This document shows, in pieces, positions 1 to 12,862 of a DNA stretch of 64,000 nucleotides. The notes beneath the pieces are model-generated. The model saw nothing but the letters and a program-made list of their open reading frames with translations. It was not told the origin of the DNA and ran no database searches. The stretch covers positions 18,910,001 to 18,974,000 of the forward strand of contig CM126235.1 in NCBI GenBank assembly GCA_052327205.1, read 5' to 3'. The DNA comes from Somniosus microcephalus (taxonomy: Eukaryota). Every line of letters begins with the position of its first letter. Positions within the stretch are counted from its first letter, which is position 1. The position numbers were made by a program, and so were the translations under genes.

Positions 1-628
1 TGGGGGCGATGGTGGAATTGCTATCCAGCGCCCCCTGCTGGGAATTGCATGCGTGCGGATGTCAGGTGAGGGGGAATCAAACGTGGGCGCGATGCCCTCT
101 GCAGTCAAATAGCGTGGCAACGCTCATGGCCGTGAATAATGGCCACTCGAGTGGGATAAAGCCCCTTCAGAAAACCAGTGTCCGTGGAACCTTAGCAAGG
201 GGAGGGGTGGAGGGAGGGGCATGACGCTGGTAAAGTCAACACTTTTGTAGGAACAAATAAGCAAACCAGTGATGACTTCACCGGCTCCGCATGTTTACTG
301 AGCCCGGCAGTGTGAGAGAGCTGGGAACAGACACCCATAACACTCGTATATCTGCTGCTGTCAAACTGCGAGACACCTCCGCAATAGCGACCTGGTTATG
401 TCATCAGCACTAACTGGATCAACAAAATACTGTATTTTTAAATAGTATTTTAACGTTATCCTTCTTTCTGAGGAAATTCTAGGAGAAGGGGGAAGGGAGG
501 GGATCTATTGATGGTGAGACAGTCCTCCCCAAATCGTACAGCCTGGCTACCAGGTGAGAGCTGGTCAGATATTGCCCGAGTCGTCCGAGCCGCACAACAG
601 AGTCGGCACCCCCGCAGCGCCCGCCCGC

Positions 629-1200
629 AGCGCACCACCGCATGGCACCATCGCAGGGCATCATCGCAGGGCACCATCGCAGGGCATCACTGCAGGGCAC
701 CACCACAGGGCAACACTGCAGGGCACCACCGCAGGGCATCACTGCAGGGCACCACCACAGGGCACCATCGCAGGGCACCACTGCAGGGCAACACCGCAGG
801 CACCACCGCATGGTACCATCGCATGGCACCACCGCATGACACCATTGCATGGCACCACAACAGGACACCATCGCATGACACCATCGCATGGCACCATCGC
901 ATGACACCATCACATGGCATCACCGCATGACACCATCGCATGACACCATTGCATGACACCATCGCATGGCATCACCGCATGACACCATCGCATGACACCA
1001 TCGCATGGCACCATCGCATGGCATCACCGCATGACACCATTGCATGGCACCCTTGCAGGGCACCACTGCATGACACCATCGCATGACACCATCGCATGAC
1101 ACCATTGCATGACACCATCGCATGGCATCACTGCAGGGCACCACCGCATGACACCATTGCATGGCAGCACCACAGGGCACCACCGCAGGGCACCTCTGCA
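629..1200. repeat. Minisatellite, ~13-bp unit (GCAGGGCACCATC / GCATGACACCATC variants)
   Basis: Visible tandem units; explains the repetitive ORFs at 456-1360. Confidence 0.9.
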
Positions 1201-1549
1201 GGTTTCTCAAGTTCACCCGCAGGCGAGCCTGCAATTTGCTGATTTGCTTCTGCCCATGAGCGAGTCTCCCCACCGGAAACGCAATCTCGGAACCTCCCCC
1301 AGTATTTGCACAGTTCCTGTCTGCCTCCCTGTCCCCAGGGATTTTGCTGTAATAAAACATGTCCGATCAACCCTTGGGCATTACACTGACTCTCCTTTTA
1401 AAGTTGTATTGTTGCTAACTGTTTATCGAATAATTGGTCGAAGTAATAAAGCATCGTTGATTTTACCAACACGTTGCCTTATGTTTGTGACTGAGCGTCC
1501 CTCTGAGTTTGTGCTTAAAATCGATTGCATTCGAGTGAGACCCTGCAAT

Positions 1550-1710
1550 CCATGTTCCCCTAAGCTGCGCGGCTGCGCGGCTGCCTGGAGCTCCTGCGCA
1601 GCCGGCTCGCCGGCTTTTAAATGGGGGAAACTGTGCATGCGCGGCATTTTGAATGGGCCGCGCAGCCCCTTAAAGGGGCCACGCACCCAAAAATATTAAA
1701 GGGAACATTG
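1550..1710. mobile_element. Small hAT-like MITE
   Basis: Termini CCATGTTCCCCTAA...TAAAGGGAACATTG; flanks CCTGCAAT/CCTCCAAC resemble a degenerate 8-bp TSD; related copy at 24215-24337. Confidence 0.65.
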
Positions 1711-2131
1711 CCTCCAACGTGTCCGATTATGATGGAGTGGGACTAATTGGTAACTCTTCCAATGAGCCAGCACTGGCACGATAGGCCGAATGGCCCCCCT
1801 CTGCGCTGTGTTATTCTATGATTAAACAGCGGGCGCTGTTGGTGACCCACTGACTTCCCTCACCTATCACGGGGCGTTCTGTGATGGGAATCGCAGTCGG
1901 GACCAGTCCTACTCTTCGCCAATGGCCATACTTTATACCAGCGGGGAGGGGGAAACGGGAGGTACAATGGGCAAAACGGGTGACCCCCCAGCCCGCTCCT
2001 CCCTCTCCCTCGCCTGGCGGCACTGAGGGCAATAGGGCGCACCGCCCCCCCCACCCCGCCCGCCCCCCGCACTTCGAGGTCATGTCACCGAAGAGCTGTT
2101 TTTAAAATTCTTCTGTTGTTTCTGAATGCAG

Positions 2132-2253
2132 GGGTTTGTCTGCAGAATCACGAGAACGAAGGCTTCCCCTCGCCCGTCGTCATCCTCCCGTTCATGAAGC
2201 ACGGAGACCTCCACAGCTTCCTGCTGTACTCCCGTCTCGGGGAGAGCCCTGTG
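2132..2253 (+). CDS. AXL: AXL receptor tyrosine kinase, kinase-domain exon (GVCLQ...[18 protein letters not shown])
   Basis: cag acceptor and gtaagc donor, 122 bp; peptide closely matches the AXL kinase N-lobe/hinge; phase compatible with next exon. Confidence 0.93.
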
Positions 2254-2430
2254 GTAAGCTCCCGCCTCGATCACAGGAAGTGGGGGGAGGGTGGAGGCTG
2301 CAGCGGGCCCACGGGTTCCATTAAATGACCATCCGACTCTGCTGGGGTTGGCCAAGGGCGCCACGACCCTACCTGCTCAGTCACGGCACTCATTCCAGTC
2401 ACGCTCTCTCCTCACGGCTTCTTCGAGTCG

Positions 2431-3580
2431 GCCGTGGCTCAGTGGCTGGCACTCTCGCCTCGGAGTCAGAAGGTTGTGGGTTCGAGACCCACTACAGAGA
2501 CTTGAGCACAAAAATCCAGGCTGACACTCCCAGTGCAGTGCTGAGGGAGTGCTGCACTGTCGGAGGTGCTGTCTTTCGGATAAGACATTTTCCGAGGAAG
2601 GATGTTCTTGCCATGGAGAGAGTGCAGCGAAGATTCACCAGACTGATACCTGGGATGGCAGGAATGACGTATGAGGAGAGATTGGGTCGATTGGGCTTAT
2701 ACTCACTGGAGTTTAGAAGAATGAGAGGGGATCTCATTGAAACTTATAAAATTCTAACAGGACTAGACAGACTAGATACAGGAAGGATGTTCCCGATGGC
2801 CGGGGAGTCCAGAACCAGGGGTCACAGTCTAAGGATAAGGGGTAAGCCATTTAGGACAGAGATGAGGAGGAATTTCTTCACCCAGAGAGTGGTGAACCTG
2901 TGGAATTCTCTACCACAGAAGGCAGTTGAGGCCAATTCATTAAATATATTCAAGAAGGAGTTGGATATATTTCTTAAGGCTAAAGGGATCAAGGGATATG
3001 GGGAGAAGGCAGGGACAGGGTACTGAATTTGGATGATCAGCCATGATCTCATTGAATGGCGGAGCAGGCTTGAGGGGCCGAATGGCCTACTCCTGCTCCT
3101 ATCTTCTATGTTTCTAAACCGAGGCCCCGTCTGCTCTCTCAGGTGGATGTAAAAGATCCCGCGGCACTGCTTTGAAGAAGAGCAGGGGAGTTCTCCCCGG
3201 TGTCCTGACCAATATTTATCCCTCAATCAACATCACTAAAACAGATTATCACATTACTGTTTTTTAAAATTCATTCATGGGATGTGGGCGTCGCTGGCAA
3301 GGCCAGCATTTATTGCCCGTCCCTAGTTGCCCTCGAGAAGGTGGTGGTGAGCCGCCTTCTTGAACCGCTGCAGTCCGTGTGGTGAAGGTACTCCCACACA
3401 CAGTGCTGTTAAGGTAGGGACTTCCAGGATTTTGACCCAGCGACGATGAAGGGTTTGTGGGAGCTTGCTGTGCACAAATTGGCTGCCACATTTCCTACGC
3501 CTGAAAAATGCTTGATTGGCTGTAAAGCGCTTTGGGACGTCCTGAGGCTGTGAAAAGATGCTGCAGAAATGCTGCATGTC
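2431..3580 (+). mobile_element. tRNA-derived DeuSINE-type SINE split by a CR1 fragment and a second LINE tail
   Basis: A/B-box-like head GTGGCTCAGTGG...GGTTCGAGAC; Deu-domain-like core GGAGGTGCTGTCTTTCGGAT...TAAACCGAGG...AAAGATCCC resumes at ~3115. Confidence 0.8.
2586..3113 (+). mobile_element. CR1 LINE 3' fragment (young subfamily)
   Basis: ORF2 C-terminus LERVQRRFTRLIPG...RNFFTQRVVNLWNSLP plus CR1 tail; near-identical to copies at 21153-21840 and 62790-63665. Confidence 0.9.
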
Positions 3581-4145
3581 TTTCTTCGTGAGAATCGGAG
3601 CCACCTGGTCCTCGGAAGCTGCTGAGGCAGCTGTGCAATGGGCCACCAGAGGGCAGACACGAGCAGTCTTGCTCTGCCTGGGGTAAAATATCTGCTCCCT
3701 GGGTCTCCTTTGATGGGAGCGCATCAGCTGATTCATTTTAGTTGTCAGGAAATCGGGATTGCTGTGAATCGGGTTCATTTAGCGAACGCACGGTGTAACG
3801 GAGATACCGTAGGGGGGATGGTGGCAGAAGGAACAGTCATAATTTACACAAACAGGGTTGCAATGAGGCACCGCCCTCGTGCCATGCTCCCAGGTTCCCG
3901 TGTTATTTATAGGAAGCAGTGTCAGGCTGTGCCCAGAGCTGGCGGGCAGGAGTGCCACCTGGTGGCTGATCTGCTCTCCTCAAGGATGAAGCTGCCCAGT
4001 CACAGTCCCTGCATCAAACAGCCAAAGTTCCCTCAGTCTCCTCATCCATTTTAACTTTAAGTTATGTCTGGTCCACCAACACCACCACCCCGCCCCGCCC
4101 CACCGCCGCACCCTGTGAGATCATTAAGAGTGTGTAGGAATCAGG

Positions 4146-4570
4146 GAGAGCTCAGTGGGTGGCACTCTCTGCCTCTGAGTCAAGAAGGTTGAGGGTTCGA
4201 GCCCCACTCCAGAGACTTGAGCACAAAATCTAGGCTGACGCTCCCAGTGCAGTACTGAGGGAGCGCTGCACTGTCGGAGGTGCCGCCTTTCGGATGAGAC
4301 GTTAAACTGAGGCCCCGACTGCCCTCTCAGGTGGATGTAAAAGATCTCATGGCCACTATTTCGAAGAAGAGCAGGGGAGTTCTCCCCTGTGTCCTGGGGC
4401 CAATATTGATCCCTCAATCAACATCACGGAAACAGATGATCTGGCCATTATCACATTGCTGTTTGTGGGATCTTGCCATGCGCAAATTGGCTGCAATGTT
4501 TCCTACATTACAACAGTGACTGCACTTCCAAAATACTCCATTGGCTGTAAAGCGCTTTGGGACGTCCTGA
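4146..4570 (+). mobile_element. DeuSINE-type SINE
   Basis: Near full-length copy of the same SINE family. Confidence 0.85.
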
Positions 4571-4694
4571 GCTCTCTGTGTGATGCTGATCTCTCTCTTT
4601 CTCTCTCTCTGTGCGATGCTGATCTCTCTCTCTCTCTCTCTCTCTCTGATGCTGCTGTCTCTGTGCGATGCTGATGATCCCTTTTGTTTTGCAG

Positions 4695-4804
4695 TACCTC
4701 CCGATGCAGACTCTGGTAAAGTTCATGACTGACATTGCGCGAGGGATGGAGTATCTCAGCAACAAGGGCTTCATCCACAGGGACCTGGCTGCTCGCAACT
4801 GCAT
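4695..4804 (+). CDS. AXL: AXL exon with catalytic loop ([37 protein letters not shown])
   Basis: tttgcag acceptor, gtgagt donor, 110 bp; HRDLAARN motif. Confidence 0.95.
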
Positions 4805-4936
4805 GTGAGTCCAGTGGGATCTTCCCAGCTTTCCCCTCTCCACCGCTGTCTCACCCAGCTAGTCATTCTTTATGTGTGGGCCTCATCAGCACTGACAGAC
4901 TATTTGACTGCGGGAGTGCCTGTTTCTGACACTCCG

Positions 4937-5757
4937 GGGGGGAATTTTCCCAGCCCCGGGGAGGCGGGTTTGGAGGCAGGACTGCCGGGAAAATGGCAGA
5001 AACTGGGAGCGTTTACCGAGCCCGCTCCCAACCCGCCTCCGTGCCACCTTCCCGGGAGGCGGATCCCCGACTCGCGCAGGGACCCGTCTCCTCGAGGTGG
5101 GAAGGAAATTAGAACAGGTAGTTAACAGGCGGTTTTGAGGCTTTTCCCCATTTTACCCCTGCAAGTGCGGGCTTCCCGACGGCTGCGAACCTCGCCAGGG
5201 TCAACGAAGCGAGCAGTGGGTCTGCGGGGGTGAGAGGGGTCGAAATGTCAGCTGTAGAGGTGAGTGATGGGTGCAAGTGTGGAGAGGTAAGTATGAGAGG
5301 TGAGTTTAAAGTGTTGGAAAAAGTTTCCTTACCTTTGCTTCTTCCTGCAGGCTTCAACCGTTGAGGATCCGGAGGTGCCTCATCTCAACGGCAGAGATGA
5401 CAGAATGGCTGCTGCACTCTCAGATTCAGCAGCCATCTGATTTCTGCTGAGGAGAGAGGTCTTGGTGAGCCTTTGTGCAAGGGCTCACCTTAGAACAGAG
5501 ATTGTCAGTGTTTGAGTGACAGATTCTCAAAACTGTCAAACGCTGACAAGTCATCTGTCAAATATTTGTCGACAGATGAAGTGTCATACGCTGACGTCAT
5601 CTGTCGCCGGCTTTCCCTTAATTGGCCGGTGGGCGGGCTTAACAAGGCCAATCAAGGGAAAATAGCGTGGGTTGGTCAGACGTCGCTGGGGGCGGGTCTA
5701 GAACCCAGAAGGCAGCAGTCCCGCCCCCAACTCGTCTCAGCTGGCAAAATCCAGCCC
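4937..5757 (+). mobile_element. ~820-bp Harbinger-like MITE, family A copy 1
   Basis: Ends in AAAATCCAGCCC; colinear similarity to 22450-23291 and 60330-61175. Confidence 0.75.
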
Positions 5758-6204
5758 GGCCATGTCCACACATTAATCTCGTAATAGTGACCGGATTGGG
5801 AACCAGGGCTGATTTTCCCCTCGGTAACCCAGGAGCTTTGAAGGGAATTGTAACACTCCCAATACTGCACCAGCTCGGGCCAGCTAACTCAGCCCGGGTT
5901 CGAACCTGGGCCCTGGCTGCTCGCTGTGACTCACAGGGTCAACGCACGGAGATCCCACACTGCTTGTGCTTATGGGATTTGTGAATCTGACTCCCGCTAA
6001 AGCAACGAAGGCAGGAGCAAGAGCAGGCTGTTGTGTGTGGATTCAATCACTGAGATTGAGACATCAGACCCTGAGCTCCGAACTCCCCGATCGGGTCAGG
6101 TGGCTAACTGTCAGCTTATAGACCGGACAGTCTGGGTCTTGTGAGCAGTGCTTGGAAGGTCTAAAATGTAAATCAGACACAAAGAGGGTCACCTCTTGAT
6201 ATGA

Positions 6205-7205
6205 TATCCTGATATTCCCTGGTCTCACTCCCAGTAAGACCCTGATAAATCCTGGTCTCACTCCCTGTGATATCCTGATAAATCCTGGTCTCACTCCCTG
6301 TGATATCCTGATAAATCCTGGTCTCACTCCCTGCGATATCCTGATAAACACTGGTCTCACTCCCTGTGATATCCTGATATTCCCTGGTCTCACTCCCTGT
6401 GATATCCTGATAAATCCTGGTCTCACTCCCTGCGATATCCTGATAAATCCTGCTCTCACTCCCTACGATATCCTGATAAACCCTGGTCTCACTCCCTGTG
6501 ATATCCTGATAAACCCTGGTCTCACTCCCTGTGATATCCTGATAAACCCTGGTCTCACTCTCTGCGATATCCTGATAAATCCTGGTCTCACTCCCTGTGA
6601 TATCCTGATAAACCCTGGTCTCACTCTCTGCGATATCCTGATAAATCCTGGTCTCACTCCCTACGATATGCTGATAAACCCTGGTCTCACTCCCTGTGAT
6701 ATCCTGATAAACCCTGGTCTCACTCCCTGTGATATCCTGATAAACCCTGATCTCACTCTCTGCGATATCCTGATAAATCCTGGTCTCACTCCCTATGATA
6801 TCCTGATAAACCCTGGTCTCACTCCCTGTGATATCCTGATAAACCCTGGTCTCACTCCCTGTGATATCCTGATAAACCCTGGTCTCACTCTCTGCGATAT
6901 CCTGATAAATCCTGGTCTCACTCCCTACGATATCTTGATAAACCCTGGTCTCACTCCCTGTGATATCCTGATAAACCCTGGTCTCACTCCCTGTGATATT
7001 CTGATATTCCCTGGTCTCACTCCCTGTGATATCCTGATAAATCCTGGTCTCACTCTCTGCGATATCCTGATAAATCCTGGTCTCACTCCCTACGATATCC
7101 TGATAAATCCTGGTCTCACTCCCTACGATATCCTGATAAACCCTGGTCTCACTCCCTGTGATATTCTGATATTCCCTGGTCTCACTCCCTGTGATATCCT
7201 GATAT
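6205..7205. repeat. Minisatellite, 33-bp unit GATATCCTGATAAACCCTGGTCTCACTCCCTGT (~30 copies)
   Basis: Tandem units; source of the DILINPGLTPC ORFs. Confidence 0.95.
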
Positions 7206-7655
7206 CGGGGCTAGAAGGGTTAAGTTACTTAGACTGGGCTTGTATTCTCTTGAGACTAGTAGATTCAGGGAGGATCTAATTGAGGTGTTTAAGATGATTA
7301 AAGGAGTTGATAGGGGAGATAGAGAGAAACTATTTCCTCTGGTGGGGGGAGTCCAGAAAAGGGGGCAGAACCTTAAAATTAGAGCCAGGCTGTTCAGGGG
7401 TGATGTCAGGAAGCACTTCTTCACACAAAGGGTGGTGGGAATCTGGAACTCTCTCCCCCAAAAAGCTGTTGAGGCTGGCGGTGGGGGGGGGTCAATTGAA
7501 AATTTCAAAACTGAGATTGATAGATGTTTGTTAGGTAAGGGTATTAAAGAATATGGAACCAAGGCGGGTAAATGGAGTTAAGATACAGATAAGGGATAAT
7601 CTAATTGAATGGCAGGACAGGCTCGAGGGGCTGAATGGCCTCTTCCTGTTCCTAC
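7205..7655 (+). mobile_element. CR1 LINE 3' fragment
   Basis: DLIEVFKMIKG...KHFFTQRVVGIWNSLP and CR1 tail. Confidence 0.85.
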
Positions 7656-7914
7656 ATGTCCTGGTCTCAGTCGCTGATATATGCTTGCCGTGGGCGAGAA
7701 TTTCCGACTCCCGCGAATACTCAGAAACCTGCCCCCGAAAGTCTCCGGCCTCCTACCTACTGTTGAAGGCGAGGAGACTGTCTTAGCAAAAACTTTTCGA
7801 TCAATTTGACGTCAGCAAACATCAGAACCCGAGCCCTGATCGGGGTGAGCGATCGCGCGTTCTCCAACATTCCGCTCTCAATAACTCGGGGCCCGAATCC
7901 CGGGTGTTGTGGAA

Positions 7915-9150
7915 TCATAGAATCAGAGAAAGTTACAGCACGGAAGGAGGCCATTTCGGCCCATCGTGTCCGCGCCGGCCGACAAAGAGCTGTCCAGCCT
8001 AATCCCACTTCCCAGCACTTGGTCCGTAGCCCTGCAGGTTAGAGCATCCCAAGTGCACATCCAAGTACTGTTTAAATGTGGTTAGGGTTCCTGCCTCTAC
8101 CACCCTTTCAGGCAGTGAGTTCCAGACCCCCACAACCCTCTGGGTGAAGAAATCTCCCCTCAAATCCCCTCTAAACCTTCCACCAATTACTTTAAATCTG
8201 TGCCCCTGATTTTTGACCCCTCTGCTAAGGGAAATAGGTCCTTTCTATCCACTTTATCTAGGCCCCTCATAATTTTATACACCTCAATAAGGTCTCCCCT
8301 CAGCCTCCTCTGTTCCAAGGAAAACAGACCCAGCCGATCCAGTCTCTCCTCATAGCTAAGATTCTCTACTCCTGGCAACATCCTTGTAAATCTCCTCTGT
8401 ACCCTCTCTAGTGCAATCACATCTTTCCTGTAATGTGGTGACCAGAACTGCACGCAGTACTCTAGCTGAGGCCTAACCAGTGTTTTATACAGTTGAAGCA
8501 TAACCTCCCTGCTCTTGTATTCTATGCCACGGCTAATAAAGGCAAGCATTCCGTATCCCTTCTTAACCACCTCATCTACCTGGCCCGCTACCTTCAGGGA
8601 TCTGTGGACATGCACTCCAAGGTCCCTTTGTTCCTCTACACTACTCAGTGTCCTACCAGTACACTTTACACCTAATCACAGCCTATTACCATCTCGTCTA
8701 GCTTCTAATCTCTTTTACTTCTTTTGGTTCTTTTATTCTTTTGTCCGATCGCAGCCCTGCCTTCGATCTAGTTCCTTTTCTCTCCAGTTTTGAAGAAGGG
8801 TCAAACCCGAAACGTCAACTCAAATTTCTCTCCACGGATGTTGCCTGACTTGCTGAGTTTTTCCAGCATTTTCTGTTGTTATTCCTACCATTTAATGTGT
8901 ATTCCCTTTCCTTGTTGGCCCTCCCCAAATGCATTACCTCACATTTCTCCGGATTGAATTCCATTTGCCACTGTTCTGCCCACCTGACCAATTTATTGAT
9001 ATCTTCCTGCAGTCTACAGTTTCCTTCTTCGGTATCAACCACACGGACGATTTTAGTATCATCTGCAAACTTCTTAACCATACCCCCTATATTCAAGTCT
9101 AGATTGTTGATATATACCACAAAAAGCAAGGGACCCGGTACTGAGCCCTG
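7915..9150 (-). mobile_element. CR1 LINE RT 3' fragment interrupted by a Penelope tail
   Basis: ORFs 8815-9129 (KFADDTK) and 8187-8615 (LVRPQLEYCVQFWSP). Confidence 0.88.
8659..8882 (+). mobile_element. Penelope-like element terminal fragment with degenerate hammerhead core
   Basis: TTGAAGAAGGGTCAAACCCGAAACGTC motif; flanked by direct repeat TCCTACCA (8651-8658, 8883-8890); homologous to the end of 51715-52630. Confidence 0.7.
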
Positions 9151-9465
9151 CGTCCCATGCCCTCACCAGCGGAGCGGAACTCCCGGCCGCCCCGGAGGAA
9201 GATTCCGAACCTGACCAAAATTTCGGGATCTTTGACATGTTGGGGGCGGCCGACGCTCAGTGACACCCACCGCCGCCCCCCCCCCGCCCGAATCCGCCCA
9301 CAGCCGTCAGCTGGTGAGACTTCCCATCAGGCCTTCCGAGGGATTGGCGGACACAAATCGCCGTGCCTCCTGGGAGCTCTCCCAGGTACACAGCCTTGAT
9401 GAGCATGAAAAGAAACGTTATTAACATCCCAGAGGCAGTGAGAACGGTGCCGGCAACTTCTGAGC

Positions 9466-9985
9466 AATCTTAGGCAGTCCCTCGGAACTGAGGATGACTT
9501 GCTTCCACATTAAAAATGAGTTCTCAGGTGACTGGTGAGTCCAATGCGGGACCTACAGTCTCTGTCACAGGTGGGGCAGATGGTGGTTGAAGGGGCGGGT
9601 GGGTGGGGTGCTTGGGTTGACGTGCGCTCCTTGCGCTGCCTGCGCTTGGCTTCCGCTTGCTCCCGGCGAAGAGACTCGAGGTGTTCGGCGCCTTCCCGGA
9701 TGCTTCTCCTCCACTTTGTGCGGTCTTGGGCCCAGGGATTCCCAGGTGTCGGTGGGGATGTTGCACTTTTTCAAGGAGGCTTTGAGGGTGTCCTTGAAGC
9801 GTTTCCTCTGCCCACCTGGGGCTCTCTTGCTGTGCCGGAGCTCTGAGTAGAGCGCTTGTTTTGGGAGTCTCGTATCGGGCATGCGGACAATGTGACCTGT
9901 CCATCGGAGCTGATCGAGCGTGGTCAGAGCTTCGATGCTGGGGATGTTGGCCTGAGCAAGAACACCGACGTTGGTGCGCCTATCC
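9466..9985 (-). mobile_element. RTE-clade LINE 3' fragment
   Basis: DTRLPKQALYSEL...GGQRKRFKDTLKASLK is typical of the RTE C-terminus; second copy at 24515-24835. Confidence 0.8.
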
Positions 9986-10041
9986 TGCCAATGGACAAAT
10001 CACTCACTGCAGCCACAACAACAACTTCTTGCATTCATATA

Positions 10042-10308
10042 CAGGAAACTGTCTCTTTTAACCGGCAAAATCCAGGAGTAGGTTCAGGTAAGTTTTACTA
10101 TATATTAGTGGCCGTGTAACCGGGGTTCCTGGATCTGTGGCCGTGTAACCGGGGTTCCTGCACAAGTGCCGTGTAACTGGGGCTCCTGCACCTGTGGCCG
10201 TGTACGGGGCTCTCGTACCTTGGTAAGTATACCTCTCTGTAATCCGGACTTTTTGATCAACCGGCACCACGCCGGTCCCGTCGGTGACGGATAAAAAAGC
10301 ATTTCCTG
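10042..10308 (-). mobile_element. Tc1/mariner-like MITE, family B copy 1 (inverted)
   Basis: TA|CAGGAAA...TTTCCTG|TA; inserted into an L2-type tail. Confidence 0.8.
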
Positions 10309-10309
10309 T

Positions 10310-10820
10310 AGTGCCTTTAACGTAGCAAAATGGCCCAAGGAGCTTCACAGACAGAATTGACACCGAGCCTCTAAAGGAGATGTTAGGGCAGGTGACTCGG
10401 TCAAGCAGGCAGGCTTTAACAAGTGTCTTAAAGGAGGAGAGAGAAAGGTAGAGAGGCAGAGAGGTTTGGGGAGGGACTTCCAGAGTTTAGGGCCTAGGCA
10501 GCTGAAGGCACGGCCGCCAATGGTGGGGCGGTGAAAATTAGGGATGTTCAAGAGGCCAGAATTAGAGGAGTGTGGAGATCTCGGGGGGGTTGTGGGGCTG
10601 GAGGAGATTACAGAGATAGGGAGGGGCGAGGCCACGGAGGGATTTGAAGATGAGGATGAGAATTTTAAAATAGAGGCGTTGCCGGACCGGGAGCCAGTGC
10701 AGGTCAGTGAGCACAGGGGAGGTGGGTGATCGGGACTTGGTGCGAGTTAGGACACGGCCAGCAGAGTTTTGGGTGAGCTCCAGCTTATGGAGGGTGGAAG
10801 AATGGAGGCCGGCCAGGAGC
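10310..10820 (-). mobile_element. L2 LINE 3' fragment
   Basis: LLAGL...QNSAGRVLTRT...DLHWLPVRQR. Confidence 0.8.
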
Positions 10821-10988
10821 AACCTTTGCCCTTTACCCTTTGCCCTGCTTATATCCTGGCCCGTCCCTTGGCCAGAGTTGAGGAGGATTCATTGCCCACC
10901 TAGAGGCTGGAGGTGGGCCACAGCCATTGGCATCGCTGTAACTTTGTGAAGCGAAAGCGTTGAATGAGATTTGAGCTGTTTGCTATTA

Positions 10989-11420
10989 CAGGAAACTCTT
11001 TTTTACCCGGCACCGACGGGACCGGCGTGGTGCCGGTTTATCAAAAAGTCCGGATTACAGAGAGGTATAGTAAAAGGTACGAGAGCCCCGTACACAGCAA
11101 CAAATCCAGGCTTCCCTGTTGCATAGCAACAGGTGCAGGAACCCCGGCCACAGACCAAGCATCCCTGTTGCATAGCAACAGGTGCAGGAACCCCGGCCAC
11201 AGACCAAGCGCCCCTGTTGCATAGCAACAGGTGCAGGAACCCCGGCCACAGACCAAGCGCCCCTGTTGCTTAGCAACAAGTGCACGAACCCCAGTTACAC
11301 GGCCACAGATCCAGGAACGGCCACTAATATGAAGTCAAACTTACCTGAACCTACTCCTGAATTTTGCCGGTTAACAGAGATTTCCGGTTATTTAGGTGCC
11401 GGTAAATCGAGAGTTTCCTG
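10989..11420 (+). mobile_element. Tc1/mariner-like MITE, family B copy 2
   Basis: TA|CAGGAAACTC...GAGTTTCCTG|TA; internal ~49-bp tandem units. Confidence 0.85.
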
Positions 11421-11454
11421 TACTTTAAACCGATCTCGCTCTCTCTTATCACAG

Positions 11455-11614
11455 GTTGAATGAAAACATGAATGTCTGCGTGGCTGACTTCGGGCTGTCC
11501 AAGAAAATCTACAATGGCGATTACTACCGCCAAGGCCGGATCTCGAAAATGCCGGTGAAGTGGATTGCGATTGAAAGCCTGGCGGACAGAGTTTACACGA
11601 CCAAGAGCGATGTG
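11455..11614 (+). CDS. AXL: AXL activation-loop exon ([53 protein letters not shown])
   Basis: acag acceptor, gtacgt donor, 160 bp; DFG and TAM signature KWIAIES; [10 protein letters not shown] is AXL-type. Confidence 0.96.
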
Positions 11615-11738
11615 GTACGTGATCTACAGTCCCAACTCCTGGTACAGGTTTGAGGCCCACATAACTTTAATCTGAAATACGAGGGGTCCGACCATTCCTC
11701 TTAACTGAACCTTTCAGCCTAGGCCCCTACAATAGCCT

Positions 11739-11970
11739 TGATGTAATAAAACTCACTACGCACTTGGTTCGAGTATAAAGCAAGGCTTTAATCAACTTGT
11801 TTCAGAACATGGAGGTCTAGTTGTACTTCACTAGTTCCTGTCTTACAAAATGTCCCTGAGCAAGCTGGGCCCACGCCCGAGTATTTATACTCCTTGGACG
11901 GCACCACCAGCTGGCCGTCCAGTGTTATTTCATGAGTCGTTTCTTTATGATGATGAGATTTATAACACTG
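11739..11970 (-). mobile_element. Dispersed ~230-bp repeat, probable solo LTR
   Basis: Homologous to 59897-60125 (shared CCTGAGCAAGCTGGGCCCACGCCCGAGTATTTATACTCCTTGGACGGC); TATA-like and ATTAAA on minus strand; no clear TSD. Confidence 0.5.
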
Positions 11971-12095
11971 TCTCATCCTCAGGCACTTCTTATTGAGCTT
12001 CCCCGATAACTTGACCGTAAATGGGTGCAATCAGACAGAAAGCCCCAGGCTCCATCCATGGCCTGCGGTGAGTTAACTAATCTCACTTGGGGCTA

Positions 12096-12414
12096 CAGGA
12101 AACTTTCTGGTATCCGGCACGGACGGACCGACGTGGTGCCGGTTCATCAACAATTCCGGATAACCGAACGCTATAGTAAAAGATATGGAGCTGAGAGCTC
12201 CGTATAAAGCAACAAACCCACAGCTTCAAAACAATCGGCACAAGTTGCAAGCGTCTCTGTAGCTTAGCAACAGCTTCAGCTACACCCTTGCACAGCAACA
12301 AATGGAGTAAAAAAAGTAATAAAGGTAAAAAAAGTTACCTGAACCGACTCCTGAATTTTGCCGGTGGATAGAGTGTTCCGGTTATTTAGGGGCCAGTTAA
12401 TCGAAAGTTTCCTG
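12096..12414 (+). mobile_element. Tc1/mariner-like MITE, family B copy 3
   Basis: TA|CAGGAAACTTTC...GAAAGTTTCCTG|TA. Confidence 0.85.
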
Positions 12415-12862
12415 TATTTTCATTCGATTACGCGATGTTCACAATTGTGAAGGGAGACAGAAGAGACTTTATTTCTATTTGCTCTCTGGATGTGAGCATT
12501 TATTGCCCATTCCTAGTCACCCCTTGAGAAGGTGGTGGTGAGCCTTCTTCTTGAACCGCTGCAGTCCCGTGTGGTGAAGGTGCTCCCACAGTACTGTCAG
12601 GGAGGAAGTTCCAGGATTTTGACCCAGCGACGATGAAGGAACGGCCGATATATTTCCAAGTCAGGATGGTGTGCGACTTAGAGAGGGAGAATCTTGGAGG
12701 TGGCGGTGTTCCCGCGCGCCTGCTGCCCCTTGTCCTTCTAGATGGTGGAGGTGGCGGGTTTGGGAGGTGCTGCCGAAGAAGCCTTGGCGAGTTGCTGCAG
12801 TGGGTATAACTCTGAGTTGCTTGCCGGCGCAGTGCGTGATTTGTTCTTCTCTCTGCTTTCAG

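Noticed and set aside
456-1370. Cys/His-rich ORFs on both strands
   Set aside because: Translation of the 13-bp minisatellite
2431-2500. tRNA gene
   Set aside because: Only the tRNA-derived head of a SINE; no full cloverleaf
6064-7279. DILINPGLTPC / RPGFIRISQG repeat ORFs
   Set aside because: Translation of a 33-bp minisatellite
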